From Acanthaster planci (Eukaryota), in NCBI RefSeq assembly GCF_001949145.1, contig NW_019091357.1, forward strand, positions 1,915,704 through 1,979,703: a stretch of 64,000 nt of DNA, given 5' to 3'. The notes beneath the pieces were generated by a model, which did not search any database, had not been told where the DNA came from, and worked only from the letters and a program-made list of their open reading frames with translations. Made by a program: the position numbers and the translations under genes. This document shows, piece by piece, positions 22,629-37,651 of the stretch. The stretch's first letter is position 1, and every line of letters starts with the position of its first letter.

Positions 22629-25617
22629 CCTGGATTACAGCTGTGAATTACCGTCGGACTCAGATTACGACCAAAATATTTAGTAAATCCCCGTCTCAAC
22701 ATACGTGCATGAAATTTTTGATTCATCCATACACACACAAAAATCCGGTTTTTATTATTTAGTGGGTTTTTGCTTCAAAATACAAGAAAAACTGCTTCAC
22801 AATACTTGAACCCAGTTCAATACTTGAACTGGGTTTAGGAATTACAGGTGGGAGAATTTTGTGTTACATGTACTTTTAGGGTGACCATTCTTTTTTTCTC
22901 TCTTAGTAAGCTACCACAAATTTTGGATTTTTATGAATTGTTTAGAGTGTGAAGATCAGTCCAAAACTCTAAATTAGCATTTTGTCAGCAAAAATGGGTC
23001 TTACAACTGATTTGATTTGCTGGATGATGACCACATGAAATACGTGCACAAAGCAATGGACTGTAGAAATAAATGCGAGTACTTACAATGTACACTCCTT
23101 GTTCCGCAAAATGAAATCCGCTCTTTGACAACAGCTTCTGCCGTCTCACTCTCTCCTTACAGATGCTAACCTGAGCTCTGATCCCATCCAAAAGAGCGAC
23201 AACAACCAACTGACACTCCGGTGTCAAGCAATCTCATCTTTTAATACCACTGGTTTAATAAACTTCACACCTCCGCAAGATACCCTCCAACTCATGAGTG
23301 GTTAATGGGCCTCGCGCCATTGGTCCTTCATCAGCTTGAGGTGATTCAAATGAAATGACGCGCAGGAGGGGGGGGAAGGCAACGTGTCGGGACCAGGTGG
23401 AGGGGAGGGCTTAAAGTAATTGGTTTTTCCCCGAATTCCACATTTCGGCTGCTCTCGCTTTGGTTTATTTTACACTAATTAAAATCTTGATACTTTTAAC
23501 TTTCTCAGGGTTAACCTAAACTAGGCAAACCTGATTCTTCCTCTGCTGCATCAGATTTTGACGGGATACCGAGGCGACCATTTCCAAAACCACAAAGGAG
23601 CATTATTCCCACTTGCACTCAAGCGGCATACTGAAAAACTGCAATATACTCTCCAGTCCAGGAAAGAAGTACAGCGGGGTATTATTTATCACAGTCCAAA
23701 TATTTCCCATGAAGCATATTGCTTCATTGCAACATCTGTCGGTTGAATTTTCCAGGCTTTCCTCTCGTAAGCAAGATGTTAAGCTTGAACAATCATTCCT
23801 CATACGATGACTTCGGAACAATTTCGTTTTTGACATTATTTTTCAAGCACCTTACAAGCACACTGCATCAACAAAGACTCTCTTGGCACTTATCAAATAT
23901 CCAAATTTAAAGTTCCATTAACTTTGGATTGATAAACCCACCAAAGGTACACTGTAAAAGAAAAGCCCTCCCCCGCTTTTTTTTTTTACAACACCAACTT
24001 TGATAAAAAAGATACCCAGAAATGACCTTGGAATAACAAGGGTCCAACCAAGCTCATCAAAGACCATCTACATGTACATGCCGGTACATAAAAACTGCCC
24101 TCACACTTTTATACGTTTACCGAAAAAGAAAAAAAAAGAGAACAACTTGTATGGCGTGCAAATTAAGCATTTCATCCAAAATGAATATCTATCGCATGGT
24201 GGTCCCTTTTTGGGATTAAATGTTCTTTGCACCCAATAAATTTGATAGGTACATGTGTACCTGAATTCTTGGAACAGTTTGGCATCTGCCTTTACAAGCT
24301 GGTCTTCTACAGTGCTTCCACTCAATCATTTATTACAGTCAGGCCATCTGCTTTTCAAACTAGACAAATATTGAGGGAAACAATGAAGAGAAGAAAAATA
24401 AGGGTTGGCAACCCGTCATCAATTCCACACTCTGTTTTTAATGACAGAATTTTAACTAAGTAAATTTATCATCACCAAAAGCAAAAGTGGGACCATAAAC
24501 TGAGGCTACTACCTGGACGTCTGACAGCCTGGACAGTTGTAGTGGACTGTCCGGTGGTGTTCTTAAAATCACCAACACGTATGCCAGAGTTGGCGACATT
24601 AAGCTATCACCTTTCACCTTCAGAATAGTAATGATGACTGCTCACGTGAGATGTTTGACATTTTTAGTACCCATTCAGTACAATGCATCCTCTTAACCAA
24701 TAGTTGTCGTTACAGCACACCGCCTTAATCTCACATTCAAGAGATCAAGCCATTTTTCTTTCCAACAGGCACATAATCTTCCAGGACAATAAAACTAAGT
24801 CATCCATGTTTTTACCATATTTTCAGGGACTGGCATGAAACTGGAGTGTTTGCAAAAGCCTACATTTGCATTTGAGAATGCCCAGGGAGTAATGCACGCA
24901 TATCAAGGAAGCAAGAAAAGTAAGACCTTCTTTTTCACATCACAGACAGAACAGGAATATACACAAAGGCAATTCACAATACAGTGCACGACCAAGAGCT
25001 TGCCATAGAGAGGCCATTTTGCAAGTTTACGGTCGACAAAAGCACGGCTGCCTTGCCGCGACATTTGCATTTGAGCGTACCGGTGTGTCAGTAGTCAACT
25101 TGGAGAAATTGTTGGACTCATTGGGGCATTCCATGCAACAGAAAGATAAAAGGATTGATAACAACTGCTACTCAAAACACGCTAACAAATCTTCTTCCCT
25201 GGCAAATATTAGGAATACATTGTAATTCAAGCTCCCTGCACACACCCGGTGAATAGAATTCGATTGACCATTTCCCACAATGCACTGCGAAACACAGCCT
25301 TTTCATGGCTACCTCTTGGTGGCGCACTGTATTCTGAATTGCCCGCATGTAGTGTTTCACACAACTCTTTACATGTGTATCAAGCTAGGTTAATAACAAA
25401 AACATTTAAAGAATATATACAATTACAATTACATGTACATCATACAGTGTTCTTTTACATATCATGTAACAGTCTACAAATCATGGAGGGTGATCAAACT
25501 TTCACATTTCACAATGTGTCGTTTTCAACACTAATGATATGCTCCGAGTAATTTGTCACACTTGAATGATTTTCATGTTTCACACAAGTACTTTGCTGAC
25601 CCAGCAATTCAACCTAC

Positions 25618-28600
25618 TCACGATCCGGTTCCGAGCAGACGTATAAAGCTCTGATAGGCCGAGTCCAGATCGTGCAGCAACTGTCTGATTTGGTCTTCAT
25701 CGAGTTCGTCAGAAGCTCGCATCGATGACATGGTCTTTAACCTGCAAGAGAGCATCAAGGAAATATGTGAACTCTACCCTGACTTCATAAAGAACTTCCT
25801 ATTTCCAACAAACTGTGTGTTTCACTAATGACACTGTGTCTAAATTACTGCACTCGCATTTGGTCGGGTATAGATTTATACTGACTACCCGAAAATCCTG
25901 AATATTCTGACCTATTCTACACTACAAAAGTTTAAAGGGTAGCTGTAATCAATTTGTTTCAAAACAAACCTTCAAAATGCACCCTTTATGTCTCAGTTAA
26001 CCTTATTTTCAACCTTTGTTTCAATATTTTAAAGGGTATTGTACCCCTTTTTTTGGTTTCTATGCTAATGAGTACTTCCATACTCAAGAGCAAAACTGTG
26101 ATGTCATCCCAGGAAGAAAGCCTCATCGTTAGATTGGTTTCTACACAAAAAAGTGTTGCATTTTTGTATATTTTGCTGAACTAAATTTTGTCTTCTTTGT
26201 GCATTTCCTTATTGTTTACATCATGTATGTGCATAGCAGTAAGCAGGGATCAATCCCATTCTAAGACATGTTTTCAGTAAGTGAATTCTGGGTTCATAAC
26301 TTGAACACGAAAACCCACACTGTATGCACTGAACTTCAACTACATGTACATGGTATGTCTTCACTACATGACATCGCAGCAACAGTGCCCTTGGTTGCCC
26401 AGGAAAGCATAAATAATTTTTCAAAAGGCACGTTTCAATGCATTTAACCAAACATGAATATAAAAAGAGTTTTCACACGTTGAAGAATTGTCCAAATTTT
26501 GCAGACAAATTCTAAGAAAAATTCACTGCAGTTACACTTTAAAATGCCCGGGTAGAACCAACAAGTCAAGTAACATAGGCCTACAGCAACGAGAGTTTTT
26601 GAGCCTCGCCATCTTGCAGCACACGATATTTTTTTTCCTCTCTCTTCCCAACTTTTCACCTTGCTATTAAGTGCGCTGCCCCCCCTCAACACCATCCTGG
26701 AACAATTCCCCAGCAATGCCCATGCCAGCAACAACATCATGTCGTGTACGGCTCTTCGTCCTACATGTACTTTTACCTCAGCAAATGTCCGCCTACGACA
26801 CTGTCCACATCACTGATATTTTGGAAGGATTTGTCAATGTGAACTTGCTCCCAAGCATGCCAAGGCTAGTCATGCTCATCCACTTCTTTGTTCTCCAATA
26901 CAAAGAAACCAAACAAGACGCCACTGCTTTCAAATTGGGGCTGCATCGTCAAGGGTTGGGGAGCACAAGGCAGTGTTCATGCACCGTGTCCACAAGCCTG
27001 ATACTGTGCTATGGGTGAGAAACTCTGATTGTGGGTAAAGACTGGAGACCATCATTAACATCTGCTCTCACATGCCTTTGTGACAATGCCCATAAAAGGC
27101 CTCCAGAAAACAGGTACTTTACCCTTGCCATCAACAACTAGTGAATCTGCCTGTTGTCAATGTCAAAATGGACTGGAAAGAGTCACACCGCAACAAAACA
27201 AAACTTACAGTACGGCAGTCATGTACAAAATACACTGTACATGTAACACACAGTCGACTCTTAGTAATACGAGCTCGGATAGGATGAGATTCCGCCTCAG
27301 ACAAGCATATTTTGCTGGTCTCGACTCAATAATGTACATTACTTTCAGGGGAACAAAAGCTTAATACAATCTCAGGTGTTACGAGATTTTGGCTAAGATG
27401 AGCATTTTTTATGTCTCCGGCTCAGTGCCAGTAAATGTACATGTATTGTTATGTATTCAGCATGGAGCATTTTTGATGGCATATTGTTAATCAGCCAACC
27501 CGTTCAGTTTTGTAAGATGCTGCTGTAACTATTTTATGTACAGCAGTAAAGCACTGAAGTTTTTCCCCACTGAATCAAGCTGTTAGTGCATGTACCACAA
27601 GAGCGACAAACCATGGGCATTTTGTGGTTCTGTACCAACAGAAGTTTTCTATAATTATCTCTTTCATAAACAGATCAAAGCTTATTTTAAATCAAATTCA
27701 TATCTTTACTTACACTTCAAAAAGAAAATATGCATATACTTTATGTACGATCTATCAGTGATGCACACGTCAAGTAGGATGATAGCTTTTGCTTAAAACG
27801 AGGTTCCCGATAAAGTGAACAAATGCAGTAAGTCAAAAGACCTTTTCATAAATAAGAGTTGACTGTCGACATTCATACACACTGAAGTAAAGCTTGCATG
27901 TACAGGTACATGTATATGAGGGTTTTTAATCACCCATTTTTACCAACAAATTAATTCAGTCCCGTAAGAATCATTTCTACTGAGATGTGTGATTGTAACT
28001 GCCCCATGCACATGCTTAACAACTGCATTATTATTATCAAGCAGGAATTTACCAGAAATTTCTGGTGTTTCTCTGAAATCTAATGGAGATTTCAAGGTCA
28101 CTGTTTTAACACAGTATGTAGCTTTGCATGTACATGTACCAGAGAAAAATTACACCGTACGCGCACATGGACATTAGCATTTCACTATTAATAGGCCCAC
28201 AACCTGCATGGCAAAGCCACCTTTTTTCAAGATGTCCCATGAGAAATTCACAACATTGGATATGCCACAAATTGGTACTGACACTGAGCAGCATCACCGA
28301 CACGACCATTTCACACCTGTCTAAATGGTTTCAGCCATATATGAGAAATATATCATCTTTGGTAATAGGGGCCAGCTGTGGCTGAGGGGGGAGTCATCCA
28401 ACCTTAGAACAAGACGTTGAGATATTCACTTATTGGTGCTGAAATGTGGAGCATGCAGAAACATGAGCAAGTCCCCTTAGAATAGGCACGACAAATTGGC
28501 CAATGGCAACGTCGATATGAACGCCTTTGGAAACACAGAAGTTTGTAATACGGTGTGGCATGAATTGTTGGCAGGATCATACCCAGTCAGCCTTTTGTGA

Positions 28601-31600
28601 CTTAAATTTGAATAAAATCTGGTACACTGAGTTATCTGGTTGCACATCACCATAACAATTTGAATTCCCCAGACTAAAGACACTGTTGCTATACCTAGTG
28701 ATTTGGGCCAAGCTTTTGCATAGCGACCACCGTCTCTGGAATGGACTGGTTCCTCTGTGCCCTTCTTATCAATTGGAAACAGTGCACTGGTTCAGGGCGT
28801 CTCTTCCACATCTACATAAACACAAGCTTGCCCTGAACTACAAGATATAGTAGCAGTGTCACATTTTGGCTTTCAGTTTGCAAAGTCTTAGCACATGTAC
28901 AAGTAGGACTCAGGACAAAGCCTTTTTCGGGGGATGGGGGGAAACTTTTCAGCAACCTGCTGACAAACCATTCACAGTGGAAGGGATTATATTCTGAGAT
29001 ACTTTTCAGCAACCTGCTGACAAACCATTCACAGTGGAAGGGATTATATTCTGAGATACTTTTCAGCAACCTGCTGACAAACCATTCACAGTGGAAGGGA
29101 TTATATTCTGAGATACTTTTCAGCAACCTGCTGACAAACCATTCACAGTGGAAGGGATTATATTCTGAGATACTTCTCAGCAAATCGGTGATTTTTGTTT
29201 TCCCTCCTCTTTGTTTGTTTCTTTCGCTTTTTCTTCTCTTTCCTCTCTCCCTTTTCACGTTTTTTTCCCCCCTGAGGAGAGGGGTGTGACTGACTTGTGC
29301 CCCCCCCCTATTCCCTCCTCTCCTAGTGCCCAGACGAGGGTGGCGCTAGAGTCCCAAATCCTCAGCAAAAGCCTCCCTCCTCAAAGCCCTCGTCTGCACA
29401 AAACACACACCCACACACCCACACACCCACCCACACACTCACACAAAGGCATAACCGGCAATTTGAGGTCACTGTGGAGTTTGAAAAAGAACGACAGCTG
29501 TGATCGAGTCAACACAAGTCAATAAACATCGCAATAAACATCCAAATGGTTGGTGTCAGTTGCATTATTTTCAGATCATATGTCACTGTTAATCCCTAGT
29601 TGTGGTAGACTGATTGGTAACATCGTATATTTCATGATTGGCTTGATTATAAGTGTAATTCAAAGAGGAACTTCAATTATGGTAAATATGCACATTTAAA
29701 TGAATAATAATGCTTCCAAACAGATGCCTTCCCCCCAAAAAATTAAACCGAAGCGACAGCCATCTGTGATATTTATTAACCAAAGATGCAGGTTATTGGA
29801 TACATTTGCTGTAATTGTAATGCCGTGTGCAGCATCTGCCTACTTAGACTTGATTCCAGCCTGAATGAAGGCCCCCACCACTCTGTGGTTGTCACAGAAG
29901 GCCCCTGATCGTGGTCATAGCGCCCCCCCACCTTCCATCCCTTTCCAGGCCCAGCTGAGCCAACTGGCTGACATGACTGAAACGTGCTAAGGTGGCAAAA
30001 GACAAGACATGCCTGAAACCAAGAATGTTGTGGAGGGCGCTCTATCTATTAACAACTGGGAAGGGGAGAGAGTGAACTTGAATACAATTCAAAAAATGTC
30101 ACGGACATTACGGCTGTAAATCTACGGATGACACAGGAGGCAAGCTTGTAATTTTAAACTTTTAAAAAAACTCTTCTAAGCTGAAAATCCTTCCTACGTG
30201 ACTATTTCTCAAAAATGCAACAGTTAACCTTCCCGAAAATTAATTGAAGAAAAGTGACTGCATGAACAAATCTACATGTATACAGGACTCAACTTCCCAA
30301 TTTGAGTTAAATAGGAAATGTTGATAATTGTAATTTAATGCAAAATTAAGTGTAATGAACAGTAATAGCAGATGTAAAAGTATCCCTGAGCAAATGAAAC
30401 AGGTGTGAGGTGTATCAAGTAAGGATAACATAATGCCATCAATTTGCATGTCAAGCAGTTTACCTCAACAAGAGCAGATGTATGTGTACTTGTCATACGT
30501 TTGTCTTGAATACTGTTTTTTTCATCAGCCCTGGACAGGGCCATATACTGTAACCATACCGTAACCACATGTCACACTAACCAACACATCTGCCAGGATT
30601 ATTTATTTTACAGACACACTCACGCCTCTGCAGCGTACAAGAAAATGCAGGGACCATTCGGTCCAAATATTCAAAGGGTCCTTTGTCACATTTAATTCCT
30701 TCCTTCAGAAAAATATCATCAAGACAGAGATATGACCAAACCACTGTTGACTGCTGTGACGTGGGACACGAGTTTTTGAACGACCTCGGGTCCCTTGAGT
30801 TTTCAAAACATGGTATCCCACATAGCAGCAGTCAACGGTTGTTAAAAGTAGGCCATGCTGCTGTTCGCTTTTGTGTGCTGACAACAGCACATTTCAAATG
30901 ACACCATCGCATATCCCACTGGGGGGGGGGGTAGGATTTCCTCCAACAACTCACCAGGAATTGACCTTCTCCTTCCCCTGGTAGTCGTCGGTGAGCAGGG
31001 TCATCTTGTTCATGGTTTCGCTGAGTTCCCGCAGTTCGGGTTCAATCTCGTCAACAGCCTTCATGTCCAATCGGAGCTTGTCCATGACCGTGATGAACAG
31101 CTGGGGACCGGGGGAGGGAGAGCAAAGATAAATGTGACTCAGTAGGAAAACATGAGCTCCGACTTACCAAAGTTACTCTGAGTAAATGGACTGTCCACAA
31201 ATCTCAGCGACAAATTATTTTCACTCAATCATGTCAACTTTCCAAAGGAATGTAAAACACAGAGACACATCAACAGGGGGACTTGGTACGCTACAAAAAT
31301 ATTTCAAAAGGCTGTTTTTCATAGGAGGTACCACTGCAAGAACAGCTGTGATGCGATCAAGCCAAACGAGTCATTTGTGGACCCAGGCCAATTTGTGAAT
31401 TCCATTCCTTGTATAAGTACACATTGTCGACCTCATACCTATGAAAGTCCCAACTTTCAAACAACCTTTGGATTAACAGCAGTGGAAGCTGAAACACTGA
31501 AAAGATTTCAGGCTGGACATTTTGTTCTGAGACGTGTTTCAAATTAAAAAAATGACAAACAACTCATTTTGCTCGATGGCATTACAATTTCACACTGGAT

Positions 31601-34600
31601 CTGTGCGGGGACTATAGAGTTGTACTATGGTACACATGCGACCCTACTCACAACGTCTCTGCTACAGGCTTCATGTCTAACATCCAATGTTTCTTGGTCT
31701 ACAATGTTAGAACTGAATACAAATGCTTCAGTCTTTAGCATGGGTGCCTGCATGTGTCACTTGGTGAAGCTTGGCCACGGTGCCCTTGAAATGAGGGCAG
31801 GAGCAAAATGAGGCAACGTCACAGATGGAACGATTTCTCCCAACCCTTGAAAACATATCCGTGGCACCAATGCAAGCATACACCAGCTTCCAAGTTGCCA
31901 TCTATATGCAAGCGAGGCCCAGAAATGACTTGGTTGCTCAATATCTCACCGAAACGATTTGCGCGATGCATTCACTTGTGTTGCCGTCATCATTCTTGAT
32001 TGTGATTGGTCGATCCTCCTTAATTCTCTCCATGGCTGCTGGACAATCCATCTGAAATATTGTGTTGACAAAAGTTTTCATCAATGAACTTAACTACTCT
32101 CTTGGTCCTTGAAAGAAAATGACATTTGCTCACTGGTCCAGTCAAAAAATAGAATGCATAAGATATACGTCAATGCTCCAAACACAAGGTCACTACAATT
32201 TTAAAAATTATTTTCAGCATAAAATGTAGCATCAAATTTTAAAAGTTTAGTTTCACAAGTGGTCAAAATGTGGGCCATGTGACCAGCTCACATAACTGTT
32301 CTCATATCTAGCAAATGTGTTTGTATTAAGATAAAAACCACAATGCAGGGAACCAGTCAAGTTAAGCAGTATTTCCGCAGTGGTTTGCGAGTTCTTCTTA
32401 TCTCTACACGTGTACACGAACTAGCATGTAGCCCCTTTACGACTAGATTGAAGCCATGGTTCGGTTTTCATATTCAATTCCTTTTTCATCCCCGTTTGTG
32501 GTCAAAAACAAAAATTTCTGGCACTTCCATGCATTTTTCTCTGCAAGTACAACTCATTTTGAAACTCAAAACAGAAAAACCAATTTCTGGTTTCAGTCCA
32601 GCTAAGAGCCTGATTGTTGATTTCATCGTGGAACAAGGGACAAATCCGACACTGAGACTTCATCAGTTGAGTTTTCAATCCAACCTCACCCTGTATTTCT
32701 TCATGAACGTCTCGACAGTGGGTATCTGATCGCTCTGTACTTGCTTGAAAGCTGCCTTGTACTGCACCAGTAACTTGGAGCAGGCTGCCGTATACCTGCA
32801 TTGAAAAAGGGGACAATAAAGCCACAAATGTATAGTCTCCATCTATGAAAAGATACATGTACATGTATATGTATCTTATTCATCGATAAAACAGTCCCGA
32901 GTCTTACAATTTCAGAACAACTTTTCACATATTCTGATGAGTTTGGGGCAAACTGATAATCATATCATGACACACTGATCCAGACGTCGTGTTTCCAACT
33001 TCAACGTCTAATTCCTAAACATGACGCCAAGCTTCCACACTTGATCGCTTAAACTTGCTCTTGGATGTCATCAAAGGCGACAACTCTGAGACATGAACTA
33101 CAAATACCTTCCATTATGTGCATGTTCCAAGCTATTCAACTGTGCACGCTACACAAACCCAAACACGCATGGGTGATTCTATAAATTTGGGGTCCAACTT
33201 GGGGACGTTTTGGTGTCCTGTTGCACGTGAAGCCATCCAACTTTTCTTCATGTAAAATTGTAACCACATTATCACACATTGTGCAGATTGAACTGTATAT
33301 TGTACAGGTCATAAACAATGTAATCCTGTTTGATCTACAGAATGTGAACAGTACTAATATTAGTTCCATCCAGAAAAGCTGAATGGTTTCACCCGTAACA
33401 GAACACCAAAATGTCCCCAAGTTGGACTTCTAATTGATACAATCACCCACATATAGAATATCTCTCGGCTCGCACGGAAAAACGGACAAATTTCCTCTTG
33501 AAATACTAAACAGACTTGAGTGTTCTCCTCAACATACTCTTTTGGTGTGATGGCATCACGTATGTAGGCCTTCTCTAACCACTGCAATGTGTTGATCACT
33601 GCAAACAGCTCTGCCATGTTATCATATTTTTCTCTTTCCCGGAAGTTCCGGAAGAGCTTCACTTCCTGGGAAAAAAAAACAAGAAAAGAACACGATTGGG
33701 TAAAGGATAAATTGGACGCCTTAAACTATTAAGTGCAACAGATGTAACAATTTGGCATGATCCTAACCATTCAAGGACTGAAAAAGTTGCGGGGCCATAC
33801 ACTCAAATTTCGCCAAACAGGCCAGGTCACTCAAATACAATGTAGTTACACGAAACCTTGAGGTAAATCGCTCAGACTTTTCTTCAACTTGACACGGTAA
33901 GGGTCGAGTGCAATTGGCAGATCTGTTGCATTGTCTCACGATCATGCAACACTGTTGGTCAATGCCGGATCAAATCTCTCACTATAATCTTCCTTTTACA
34001 AATCAATCTGCAGCCATGACCTAGTCAAGAATGATTAACAACTGATGATGACGGAACTGCACGGCAACATCGAGCAACACCACACAGACATGTACATGTA
34101 TGTAGGCACACTTACCTCATACAGTTCAGGCCTATTAGCTGATGAACCTGTTCATATGAAAAAATCAAACGACTGAGATTGAGGATTCAGTTTGAGTAGA
34201 AATGTTGAATGAGTCAAAACTCACGAGTCTTGGAATGCAATCACTACAAAATGAAATCTAGTATTACTGTTACATTCCAACTATAGTGTAACACGTTCCT
34301 GCCCAGTGATAGCACCGTGCCAGGTGTGCGTTAGCATGAACCAACACAAATATCGTTTATGTTAGCTCACAAAGGCAGAAACTAGTTTTTCTTTGTGTCA
34401 TAGGCGACATGCCAGGTTGGCATATTTTGGATCAAGAACATGTAAGTCAAGTGTGAGCAGCATAAATGTGGAGATGGTTGAGATATTTTTCTGAGGAAAT
34501 TTGTCCAGTACAGTTTGGGCAAGTCCAACCCCTGCACTATAGTTGGGGTCGATCTGACTACAAGTTGGAAAGGCACAATCCGGTTCATACTGTAAGTGTG

Positions 34601-36690
34601 ACATCACTTCAGGCTAAACCACTTCCACTGCACATGCACATAGAGTTACTTGCATTGATCGCGGTTTACATGGAACCATGGAACCAGAATACCCCATAAC
34701 TTCAGCAATCGTCCAACGGGAGTCTGCAAATCGTGGCACATCCGTGTGTACATGTACTTGTGTGACAAAGTCACGAACCGGAGAGTCCAGGCTTAAGTCA
34801 ACTGGCCTTGCATTACCATTTCTATTCCTGAGGTCCATTTACACCATTACACCAGGCTGGCTTACTTTGTAAAAACATTTGTTGTCAAAGGAAGTGTGGA
34901 CCATTTGTATCTATCCAAAAAACAAGTGACTAAATTGTTCAAAATCTTACAGATTTTAAAGTTAGTAACGGCTCTATAAGACTTCCTGTGAAGTAAAACC
35001 ATCCCATATTTGGACAAAAGAACCACATACTTCAAATAACAAGTACACCTACACTGTGCTACAAGTACAAGCACTGAACATCTGTTGTGGGATTTGGGGA
35101 TTGTTGGATAGAAAAAAACTCACCAGCACGGCCCCACCTGGATTAGATCTGTATCGATTTCATTAAATGAAAAAATATGTGACCTACTGGAGGCAAAGTG
35201 TACGCTTTGACATGTTTGACACACAAGCACAACAAATTATGCTAAACTGAACAAATACTTCAATGGAGTTATTGTCTATCCCTCTCCATCCCCTAACTGT
35301 GCCTAAAATTTGAAGTTCAAAAGATCCGGAGGGGGGGGGAGATTTTTTAAGTCTCGCAATCTGTCACCGCTACACAACACAGCACATGTCACGCCTCCCG
35401 CCAGTGCCGATGGGTGTTTGCAGGTCACAGCAGCAGCTAGGATAGTCCCATAATGAAAACAACACAAGATTCATTCCCCACCACCAAATGGTCGAGCCAA
35501 GATGCGGAGCCTGCGTGGTCATTGGTGGGTTCGACGTATGCGCAGTCTGACAAACACAAACGGTATGAACGGAACGACAGTTGTCGGGTAGAAGCGAGAA
35601 ATGGTGAGAAAAAATCAAATTTTTTTCCCAAAATACTCTGTCTCATGCTCTGAAACTTTGTTATCCCGCTTTTTAAGAGGTACAGATTAATTAGGTTTAC
35701 TGACAGGATAAAACCTGATTTAATAAGCTTTCTTACCAGTCAATCATTTCACCACAAAAATTTCATTCCAAAACCCCATAGCGTTACAACACCATGTAAA
35801 CTGTGTTGGCCCAAAATCACACAGAGTATGACAGAGTAGTGACTTCGAGTTCTCAAAGTACGTCGGGCCCTGTTTACAGGTCTAGGCTTTGGACTTGCAT
35901 ACATGAGTGAGGGCGCTGTTCATTTGGGATCTCATTCTCTTAAATAGGAAATTGTGATTGAAATTTGTCTTTTTTCCGCATGCTCTAGCTCCTCTATTTA
36001 ACTTCCAATGTCAATTTTTTTGAAATTTCAAGTGAAGCCAACATTTAATTTATTGAAATAAGGCACAGATAAGAACAACAATTTTATGAAAATATGGATT
36101 TTAAGCATTTCAATCAAAATCCACGCTCTCTTTTGTGTTCCAAAAATCAGTTTGCTCTGCATTATACATGTAGGCCGACTAGGCCTAGCCTACATGTACA
36201 AAAAAAGTCCCATAACATCTCAAAATATTCCTACTTTAAATCAGTATTTTCTTTGCTTTGCAAGGACTGGTGGAATCCAAACATATAGCAAAATGTTTCT
36301 TATGACATCCTCTCCAAGATCACGTCAAAAAGAAAACAAAAAAAAAATGATGAAATATTTATGAGCCTCCCTATCTAGCGCTTTAAGTTAGCCTTTGTCG
36401 GGCAGTCGGGACGGTTTACATGGTTTAGGGACCATTTTGGAGGTGAATTCGGAGGATTTGGTTCGGGGTACAAGCTATATTGAGTGAAATGAATTAATGG
36501 AAGAAAAAGCCAATGGAAGGTTCTTTACTTCTTGAACCCCAAATGTTAAAAAAGGCGATTTTAGGGTCCAAGTTACTCGGAGTCGGACTAAATACATGAA
36601 ATAATGCTACTTTTTGCTAGGTCTAAACCAGCACTAAGCTAACTCACTTTGATTTTGCGAACTCTGAGTTGTTGGCACCGTAGAAAACAT
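25618..36690 (-). CDS. VPS28: Vacuolar protein sorting-associated protein 28 (ESCRT-I subunit), 7 exons, 226 aa
   Basis: Exons (minus): 36690-36648, 34147-34116, 33665-33538, 32795-32690, 32051-31950, 31100-30955, 25741-25618; total 681 nt, phases consistent, GT-AG. Translation includes [71 protein letters not shown] and [21 protein letters not shown]. The first exon (MFSTVPTTQ...) is less certain. Confidence 0.94.
28944..29183. repeat. 57-bp minisatellite, about 4.2 copies, in VPS28 intron 6
   Basis: Unit ACTTTTCAGCAACCTGCTGACAAACCATTCACAGTGGAAGGGATTATATTCTGAGAT starts at 28944, 29001, 29058, 29115 and partially at 29172. Confidence 0.95.
30739..30843. repeat. Imperfect ~105-bp inverted repeat (fold-back)
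   Basis: CTGTTGACTGCTG..GTGGGA..TTTTGAA pairs with TTCAAAA..TCCCAC..CAGCAGTCAACGG. Confidence 0.65.
34579..34782. mobile_element. MITE, copy 1 of a family also at ~42950-43142
   Basis: Ends TCCGGTTCATAC ... GTCACGAACCGGA form an imperfect TIR; interior aligns by eye with 42950-43142. Confidence 0.7.
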
Positions 36691-37444
36691 CCTTTTCCAA
36701 CATCAAACTCAGTTTTGACAGAACATCTGAACTAAAAACAAAGTAAATATCCTTTACTTCAGACAGTAGCCAGCATGAAACACCTAAATTTGTTTGAAAG
36801 GAAAACAGAATACATTTATAACCATCATTCGCCTACAGCACGTATAATGTACAGTACATGAAATAAGCTAACTCAAGAATAGTCTGGCTCCAATTTGCAA
36901 TACCATACATATAGTTAGTGGTACCGCTCGGAGACATGTCAGGAAATAGACTGGATTACCTGTCCTTTGTGTTTACTATTTCCAGCAATGATGTCATCCC
37001 GAGCACGGTGCTAGCATGCTACGCAGCCCTTCCATATTAAAAGAGTGGCTGCTAGATCTTCACACCATTGGAAATACGTTGAGACAGGCAGACCTTGCCG
37101 TAGGTTTGGAAGCCAGTTTCCCAAGACACGGCCTTTGCGACATGCACGTGCATGTATCGATAGTAGCGCAGCATCATAATGGTCATAATCATCTGCCGAT
37201 GCCGTGGACGGTGGGCTCACTAGCCGGGGGACTCCCCCCCCCAAATTCCCGGTGCCCCCAGGTGCCTCACCCCACTTAATATTGATCAAGGCTAACAATA
37301 GCTTGCCCCCCAAAAAACCTCACCACTGAAAGCTAGTGCCCCCTTATCATAAGATGCTGCATGGTAACCCCTCCCTTGTTCCCCCACTAGTAAATCCCAG
37401 CCACGCCACTGGGTGGGCTTTAGGAAGTTTGGGGAGGGTCAATG

Positions 37445-37651
37445 CGGTGGCGTATCCAGGTATTGTGACCAGGAGACTATAGTATAGGACATGCGAGGGG
37501 TGCAAAAAATTCTTTTCGAAAAAGACTACATTTTTTTCGTCCATGCAAGCTGGTGGTTGTACCTTTTCTAGAATGCTGGTGCTTTTGATTCCTTTACAAA
37601 AACAAGAGAAATAATATTAGATGCCCAGGCCCCAGCTCCGATACGCTACTG
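37445..37651. mobile_element. MITE-like element with GTGGCGTATC / GATACGCTAC ends
   Basis: Imperfect TIR CGGTGGCGTATCC ... GATACGCTACTG. A similar end (CACGCCACTG) lies just upstream near 37410. Confidence 0.5.

Noticed and set aside
28812..29258. 148-aa ORF with 19-aa repeats
   Set aside because: Product of the 57-bp minisatellite inside a VPS28 intron.
35124..35148. Possible VPS28 micro-exon (CAG...GTGAGT on -)
   Set aside because: 25 nt would frameshift the exon 1-2 join, which is already in frame; no support without RNA data.
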